A stretch of DNA of 64,000 bases from an uncultured Acidobacteriota bacterium. Lineage in GTDB: Bacteria > Acidobacteriota > Thermoanaerobaculia > Multivoradales > UBA5704. Below the pieces are notes generated by a model. That model searched no databases and was not told where the DNA came from. It saw nothing but the letters and a program-made list of their open reading frames with translations. The position numbers and the translations under genes are program-made. Of this stretch, positions 58,733 to 64,000 are shown piece by piece. Position 1 is the first letter of the stretch. Every line of letters starts with the position of its first letter. The DNA is taken from contig CAVXIV010000023.1 of the NCBI GenBank assembly GCA_963761805.1, positions 609,378-673,377 of the forward strand, given 5' to 3'.

Positions 58733-61700
58733 GTGAACCGTCCTTCAGCCACCGTCGCCGTCCTCGCCGAGAAGCCCGCCGTCGCCCGGGACATCGCCCG
58801 TGTGCTCGGCGCCACCGAGAGGGGAGAGGGGTTTCTCCGCGGCAACGGCTACGTCGTGACCTGGGCCATCGGCCATCTGGTCACCCTGGCGCAGCCCCAT
58901 GAGATCAATCCGGACTGGCGGAAGTGGCGGCGGGACCTCCTGCCGATGCTCCCCCGCGATTGGCCCCTCGTGGTCTCCGAGGAGACCCGGGCGCAGTTCG
59001 AGGCCGTCCGCAAGGTGATCAACGCGCCGGAGGTGGAGCGGGTCGTCTGCGCCACGGACGCCGGCCGCGAGGGCGAGCTGATCTTCCGCTACATCTACGA
59101 GGCCGCCGGCTGCCGCAAGCCGGTCCAGCGGCTGTGGATCTCCTCCCTCACGGCCAAGGCCATCCAGGACGGCTTCCGCAAGCTGCGGGACGGCCGCGAT
59201 CTCGACCCGTTGGCGGACGCCGCCCGGGGCCGCAGCCGGGCCGACTGGCTGGTGGGGATGAACCTCTCGCGGGCCTACGCCCTGGACTTCAACGAGGACC
59301 TCTCCGTCGGGCGCGTGCAGACCCCCACCCTCGCCATGGTGGTGGAAAGGGAGCTGGCCATCCGCGCCTTCGTGCCGGAGGACTACCTGGAAGTGATCGC
59401 GACCTTCTCGCCCACGACTTCCTCCACGGGCGGCGGCCCCGGCTACAAGGGCACCTGGTTCCGCGGCGAGACGCCCAATCCCGAGGCCAAGCGGATCAAG
59501 GCCGAGCCCGGCAAGGAGGGGGAAGACCTCCAGGAGGCGGCGCGGATCGTCCAGCGGGCGAAAAACGGCCAGGCCGCCGTCGAGTCCATCCGCTCCGAGA
59601 CCAAGCGGATGGCGCCGCCGCTGCTCTACGACCTCACCGAGCTGCAGCGGCACGCCAACCGCCTCTACGGCTTCAGCGCCAAGAAGACCCTGGGGCTCGC
59701 GCAGACCCTTTACGAGCAGAAGAAGCTCATCAGCTACCCCCGCACGGACAGCCGCCACCTCTCCACCGACGTGGCCGCCACCCTGGGGGAGATCGTGCGG
59801 GCCGTCCAGGGCCCCTATCTCGACAAGCTCGCTCCCGGCACCGGCGAGCGGCCCTTGAGCCGGCGCTTCGTGGACGACTCCAAGGTCACGGACCACCACG
59901 CCATCCTCCCCACCCCCACCTCGCCGGAGGGGGCCGGCCTCTCGGAGGACGAGCGGAAGATCTACGACCTGATCTGCCGGCGGCTCCTCTCCGCCTGGCA
60001 CGACGACCACGTCTGGTCCGTCACCACGGTGATCACCGCCATCACCAACCCGCCCCGCTCCGGGGTCGGCGAGCCGTTCGTGGACCGCTACCACAGCACC
60101 GGCACGCTGGTGGAGCAGGTAGGGTGGAAGGTGCTGGACGTCGAGAAGAAGAAAATGGACGCCAAGGACACCAGGGACGGCAAGGACAACAAGGACGACG
60201 AGGGCGCCGCCTCTCCCGAGGAGAACCAGGACCTGCCGCCGGGCCTCGCCCAGGGGCAGCGGCAGGAGGTGCTGGACGCCAGGGCCGTGGCCAAGCAGAC
60301 CCGTCCTCCCAAGCGCTTCACCGAAGCCACCCTGCTGACCGCCATGGAGACGGCGGGCAAGACCCTGGACGACAAGGAGCTCTCCGAGGCCATGAAGGAA
60401 TCCGGCCTGGGCACCCCCGCCACCCGCGCCGAGATCATCGAGACGCTGCTCCGGCGGGAGTACATCGTCCGCCAGGGCAAGTCCCTGGAGGCCACGGACA
60501 AGGGAATCCGGCTGATCGAGGTGGTGCATCCCCACGTGAAGAGCCCGGCCATGACCGGCCAGTGGGAGGCGCAGCTCCAGCGGATCCAGCGGGGGCAGGG
60601 GGAGCTTGGGGAGTTCATGCGGGGGATCGAGGAGTACGTGGAGGGGTGGTGGGCGGGAACGGCTCGGCGGCCCCCCCGCCCGGGCCCTCACCCCCAGCCC
60701 CTCTCCCGACCCCTCCCTCCCTCCCTCACCGGGAGAGGGGAGCCCGATCCGCGGGTGGAGCCTAGTCGGAATGGTGGCGCGCCGCCGACCCGCCTCCCTG
60801 CCCCTCTCCCCCTGGGAGAGGGGTCTCAAACCAGACTAACTTCTCCCCCTCTCCCGGTGAGGGAGGGAGGGAGGGGTCGGGCCCATGCGGGATCAACCGG
60901 GCCGGGGGGTGAGGGCCCGGGCGGGGGGCCGGCCAACGGCGGCTCTCTGGAAACCCTCCTCCACGACGTCTTCCGCCTCCAATCCTTCCGTCCCTACCAG
61001 GAAGCCGTCTGCCGCGCCGTGGTCGAGGGCCGGGACGTCCTCCTGGTGATGCCCACCGGCGCCGGCAAGTCGCTCTGCTACCAGCTCCCGGGACTGGCCC
61101 GGGGGGGCACGACGCTGGTGGTCTCGCCGCTCATCGCTCTCATGGAAGACCAGGTCGCCAAGCTCCGGGAGCTGGGTCTGCGGGCGGAGCGCATCCACTC
61201 GGGGCGGGACCGGTCGGCGTCGCGGCAGGTCTGCATCGACTACCTGGCGGGGCGGCTCGACTACCTCTTCATCGCCCCCGAGCGCCTGGCCGTACCCGGG
61301 TTCCCGGAGATGCTCGCCAAGCGCAAGCCCGCGCTCATCGCGGTGGACGAGGCGCACTGCATCTCGCAATGGGGGCACGACTTCCGCCCGGACTACCGTC
61401 TGCTGGGCCAGCGCCTCCCCATGCTGCGGCCGGCGCCCGTCATCGGCCTGACCGCCACGGCGACGCCGCAGGTGCAGGACGACATCGCCGCCCAGCTCGG
61501 CTTCGCGCGGGAGGGGCGGTTCATCCACGGCTTCCGGCGCACCAACATCGCCGTCGAGGTGGTGGAGATGCTCCCCTCGGAGCGCCGGCAGACCGTGCGG
61601 CGGGTCCTGGCGGACCGGGAGCGGCGGCCGGCCATCGTCTACGCGCCCACCCGCAAGGAGGCGGACGCGCTGGGTGCGGAGCTGGGCGAGGATTTCCCCT

Positions 61701-62984
61701 CCGCCGCCTACCACGCCGGCATGCCCACCGCCGCCCGCGACAAGGTCCAGGCGGCCTTCCTCGCCGGCCGGCTGGAGGTGATCGTCGCCACCATCGCCTT
61801 CGGCATGGGGGTGGACAAGCCGGACATCCGCACCGTCATCCACACGGGCCTGCCGGGCAGCGTCGAGGGCTACTACCAGGAGATCGGCCGCGCCGGCCGC
61901 GACGGCCAGCTCTCGCGGGCCATCCTCCTCTACTCCTTCGCCGACCGCCGGAACCACGAGTTCTTCCACGGCCGCGACTACCCCGAGGTGAACGAGTTGG
62001 AGCGGATCTTCCGCACCCTGCGGCAGGAGTCCCAGGTCGACGGCCAGCTCCGCAAGCGCCTCGCCATGGACGAGGAGCTCTTCGAGCGCGCCCTGGAGAA
62101 GCTCTGGATCCACGGCGGCGCCCTGGTGGACGCGGACGGCAACGTCGCCCTGGGAGCGGACGGCTGGCAGCGGACCTACCTGGCGCAGCGGGACCACAAG
62201 CTGGAACAGCTCGACCGGATGATCCGCTACGCCGAGTCCCACGGCTGCCGCATGCTCCACCTGGTGCGGCACTTCGGCGACCAGGAGGACTCGGGCGCGC
62301 CCTGCGGCCTGTGCGACGTCTGCGTTCCCGAGGACTGCTCGCTGCGCCGTTTCCGTCCTCTGAACAACCTGGAACGGGACCTGGCGGGCCGCATCGTGAC
62401 CTCGCTCCAGTGGCGGGACGGCCAGTCCACCGGCCAGCTCTACCGTGAGGTCTGCCCCGAGGAGCTGTCGGACCGCAAGTCCTTCGAGCGCCTCCTGGGC
62501 GGCATGGTCGCGGGCGGGCCTGCTGCGGCTGGCGGAGGACGCCTTCGAGAAGGAAGGGCGGACCATCCGCTTCCAGCGCGCCAGCCTGACTCCCGAAGGA
62601 AACCGGGCGGACGAGGCGGCCCTGGACCGGGTGGAGATGGCCGAGGAGATGCCGAAGACCCGCAAGAAGCGGGACCGCAAGGAAAGAGCCGAGAGGCCTG
62701 GGAAGGGGAAGTCCCGGCGGCCGGTCCAGGAGTCCTTCGTGCCCGAGTCGGCCCCTGATCCGGCCTCCCCCAGACTGGTCTTCGCCCTCAAGGAGTGGCG
62801 CCGTCAGGAAGCCAATCGCCGGCACATCCCCGCCTTCCGCATCCTCACCGACCGCGCCCTGACCGCCCTCGCCGCCGCCCGCCCCCGCGACGAGACCGAC
62901 CTCCTCAACGTCCCCGGGATCGGCCCCTCGATCGTGCAGAAGTATGGCCGGGAGATCCTGGGGATCGTATCTACTACTGGCTGA
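58733..62984 (+). CDS. topB/recQ: single ORF encoding DNA topoisomerase III (type IA), then a repeat-derived linker, then RecQ helicase; one frameshift near 62512 before the HRDC region
   Basis: Topo IA part: Toprim VAVLAEKPAVARDIA, DAGREGELIFRY, catalytic Tyr context ISYPRTDSRHL. RecQ part from ~60940: FRPYQEAV, MPTGAGKSLCYQLP, DEAHCISQWGHDFRPDY, LTATAT, YHAGM, GMGVDKPD, QEIGRAGRDG, Cys cluster CRM..CGLCDVC. HRDC (FALKEWRRQEANRRHIPAFRILTDRAL) is in the frame of ORF 62445-62984. No stop codon lies between the two enzymes. Confidence 0.75.
60682..60918. repeat. GC-rich palindromic repeat element, composite copy (two inverted arms plus an inner hairpin) inside the topB-recQ ORF
   Basis: Left arm 60682-60741 (short variant). 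Inner palindrome cccctctccccctgggagagggg at ~60801-60823. Right arm 60836-60918 is the reverse complement of the long variant (ctaacttctccccctctcccggtgagggaggg..gggcccatgcgggatcaaccgggcc..gtgagggccc). Confidence 0.75.
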
Positions 62985-64000
62985 CGCGGAAGTTCGCCAC
63001 GGTCTGCCGTACGTTGTTGATGGACTGCGCGTTGTCCTGGGACGCGGTCCCGGTTGGCCAGCCGTTGTAGGGAATCCGCGGATTCGAGAAGCGGAGGATC
63101 CGGGTACACGGTAGCGAGCAGGCGTAGGCCATCATCGTGCGGAACCTGAAGAGGGGATCTTTGTAACCGTAGGAGTAGCTGTAGGCCGCCGGACCGATCG
63201 GATCATCCGGCGCGTGATCGCTGCCCATGTTGTGCGCCAGCTCGTGACCGAACCCGTAGGTCGGGCTGATGCACTGGCGGGCGATGTAGCTGAAAGCCGA
63301 CGACTCGAAGTCGGGACCGATCGTCGACATCACATAGGCGACGCCGCAACCGTTGGCGACGCTGTTGCCCACCAGCATGACCAGATCCGCCTTGTACTGG
63401 TTGCGCAGAGCATGGACGCTGTCCATGAAGCCGTCGTTGGTGATGCGCAGGCGCTGCAGGTCGATTCCGATGCGCTCCGTGGATTCCGTGTACTGGATCT
63501 CGGTCCGATGAACCAGCCGCAGCCGCGTCTGGATGCCGCTGTTGGCGAAGGCGGTGTTGGTCTCCGTCACTCCCAGGGAGATCAGGTTCTCGATCCCCCG
63601 CCTGCCGCCGGAGGCGGAGCGGGCGGCGGGGGTGTAGACCACCAACAGGTCTACCGTCGAACCGTCGTCGGCCTTTTCTACCCTGCCCGGGCGGCGGGGG
63701 CGCCGGACGGTGTCCGCTTCTACCTCGATCGGCTCCGCGCCGTCCGGGAACACTGTGAGGTCCAACTGCTCGACGACGTGGAAGCCCTTCGGGGTGGAGC
63801 GAACCCGGTAGGCGGCGCCTGGCAGGGTGACGCTGCCCACCAGGGAACCGCCGCCGGCCACCAGGGCCACGTGGGTTTCCGTCATCCCCTTCAGATGGCC
63901 GACCCAGGAAACGCTGTCAGCGGTCTCGAAGGCGACGCGGTCCAGGACAGCCGTGAAGGTGGCGCCAGGGAAGAGGTCGAGCCGAAGCTCGGAGCCCGCG
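62974..64000 (-). CDS. metzincin-type zinc metalloprotease (reprolysin/M12B-like), N-terminus beyond the window
   Basis: HELAHNMGSDH (HExxHxxGxxH) plus a downstream Met-turn candidate. The frame stays open upstream of the first Met (63885) to the window end (..FPGATFTAVLDRVAFETADSVSWVGHLKGM..). Confidence 0.8.
   Translation of the reverse strand, partial: AGSELRLDLFPGATFTAVLDRVAFETADSVSWVGHLKGMTETHVALVAGGGSLVGSVTLPGAAYRVRSTPKGFHVVEQLDLTVFPDGAEPIEVEADTVRRPRRPGRVEKADDGSTVDLLVVYTPAARSASGGRRGIENLISLGVTETNTAFANSGIQTRLRLVHRTEIQYTESTERIGIDLQRLRITNDGFMDSVHALRNQYKADLVMLVGNSVANGCGVAYVMSTIGPDFESSAFSYIARQCISPTYGFGHELAHNMGSDHAPDDPIGPAAYSYSYGYKDPLFRFRTMMAYACSLPCTRILRFSNPRIPYNGWPTGTASQDNAQSINNVRQTVANFRVSQ

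Overview
Strongly GC-rich 64 kb chromosomal segment from a diderm bacterium, as shown by the LPS genes waaA-lpxK-acyltransferase and a secretin-based secretion or pilus operon. The gene content (tricorn protease, BNR/sortilin-like protein, cohesin-tailed secretin, ECF sigma factors) resembles Acidobacteriota-type genomes, but I cannot verify this without a search. In order, the window holds: a cytochrome c/solute-binding fusion gene and a giant (~1804 aa) multicopper oxidase; a tricorn protease gene broken by at least 11 frame changes; a strictly phased 20-bp tandem array; an MBL-hydrolase operon; an FAD oxidoreductase; two paralogous vanadium-haloperoxidase/PAP2-like genes flanking a SEC-C gene; a BNR-repeat protein; a quinone oxidoreductase and a HIT protein; a kamA / 2x ATP-grasp / GNAT operon; a low-GC islet (DUF2188, small ORF + HNH); Lhr-PdeM; an NPP-type phosphodiesterase; a 12.7 kb minus-strand operon (ECF sigma, anti-sigma, GspF/E, PilMNO, secretin, pseudopilins, dut); LPS core genes; a second low-GC two-gene islet; argS; a macro-domain gene; a SpoU-type methyltransferase; a second ECF sigma; eda plus two small ORFs; one ORF encoding topoisomerase III and RecQ; and a metzincin protease that runs off the window. 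No rRNA, tRNA, CRISPR or transposase gene was recognised. The most notable observations are listed here. (1) topB and recQ are read as one ORF, bridged by a translated repeat element. (2) A GC-rich palindromic repeat family (6 arms at 4 loci) overwrites gene 3' ends. (3) There are 16 in-phase 20-bp repeats with a CTAYGCG core. (4) The kamA/ATP-grasp/ATP-grasp/GNAT operon has no function I can assign. (5) The secretin carries a cohesin-like C-terminal domain. (6) Frame disruptions are very unevenly distributed, so either assembly indels or real gene decay must be assumed, and every 'pseudogene' call here carries that caveat. All functional calls rest on motif recognition in the supplied translations. 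No database search was possible.
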